The notes below the pieces were generated by a model, which did no database searches, was not told where the DNA came from, and worked only from the letters and a program-made list of their open reading frames with translations. 44,620 bases of DNA, taken from Tidjanibacter sp. (GTDB lineage: Bacteria > Bacteroidota > Bacteroidia > Bacteroidales > Rikenellaceae). The DNA lies in contig JAZODY010000111.1 of the NCBI GenBank assembly GCA_045597245.1, forward strand, positions 1-44,620. Direction: 5' to 3'. A program made the translations under genes and the position numbers. The first letter of the stretch is position 1, and each line of letters begins with the position of its first letter. Positions 44,253-44,620 of this stretch are shown here, in pieces.

Positions 44253-44620
44253 ACGAAGTAATCACAGAATATACGCGCATCTTGCAGTGCATCGCAATCA
44301 GCAAAGGAGGCGACATTTATGCTCCGACGCTGCCGAGTTTTAATGCGCGAAGAATGGATATACATCAGCGACTCTTTGAAGAACTGATGTCAAGATTATC
44401 TCTCGTTGATGGATTCACGGAAGACGATGCTTTCCAGAGGTCAAAGGAGATATTTAGTCGGTTAGATAAAATATTTCGTCTATATAACGATTTTGAACTC
44501 AATCTTGAAGATACAGAACACATCATAATTCTTTCTAAAGATTTGGAAAGGTTCTTATCTTCCACGGAAGTGAAGTATTATTTGGAGGGGCGTACATCTG
44601 GCATTCTCGGAGTAATTGAG
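44249..44620 (+). CDS. Hypothetical protein spanning the circular junction (ends at 25); not in ORF track
   Basis: Open frame MNEVITEYTRILQC...GILGVIE, continuing V-stop at 20-25. Confidence 0.75.
   Translation, partial: MNEVITEYTRILQCIAISKGGDIYAPTLPSFNARRMDIHQRLFEELMSRLSLVDGFTEDDAFQRSKEIFSRLDKIFRLYNDFELNLEDTEHIIILSKDLERFLSSTEVKYYLEGRTSGILGVIE

Noticed and set aside
1-44620. Stop-codon reassignment
   Set aside because: Long genes are intact in code 11, TAG and TGA both serve as stops, and the tRNA-Gln anticodon is UUG, not a suppressor

Overview
Apparently complete, circularly permuted ~44.6 kb genome of a tailed (siphovirus-like) phage. The last 19 nt repeat the first 19 nt, and an ORF runs cleanly across the junction. 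The host is very likely a Bacteroidota/Bacteroidales anaerobe, judged from TAnnTTTG promoters, A-rich leaders mostly lacking SD sequences, and structural proteins resembling Bacteroides phage B40-8/B124-14 from memory. Almost all genes are on the + strand. Modules: four early accessory clusters, each behind a near-identical 32-bp promoter; recombination/replication genes (PD-(D/E)XK nuclease, HTH initiator with iterons, RuvC-like, NinB-like, HNH, SSB); ArdC; packaging; head; tail; lysis. No integrase, DNA polymerase, helicase or DNA methyltransferase was recognised. Best candidate for a new system: a ParB-N + GT-A glycosyltransferase + SPL-like radical-SAM operon (15065-17634) running directly into terS-(GNAT)-terL. 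It looks like a packaging-linked DNA base-glycosylation pathway with no TET/JBP oxygenase, possibly an oxygen-independent version. A rich non-coding layer is also visible: promoter+terminator small RNAs (one complementary to the start region of the phage's own nuclease gene), a pseudoknotted RNA followed by a tRNA-like element with an enlarged anticodon arm, separate early and late 5'-leader hairpin families, and a 7-copy dispersed TTTAAGAG element. All family calls come from motif recognition by eye, not database searches.
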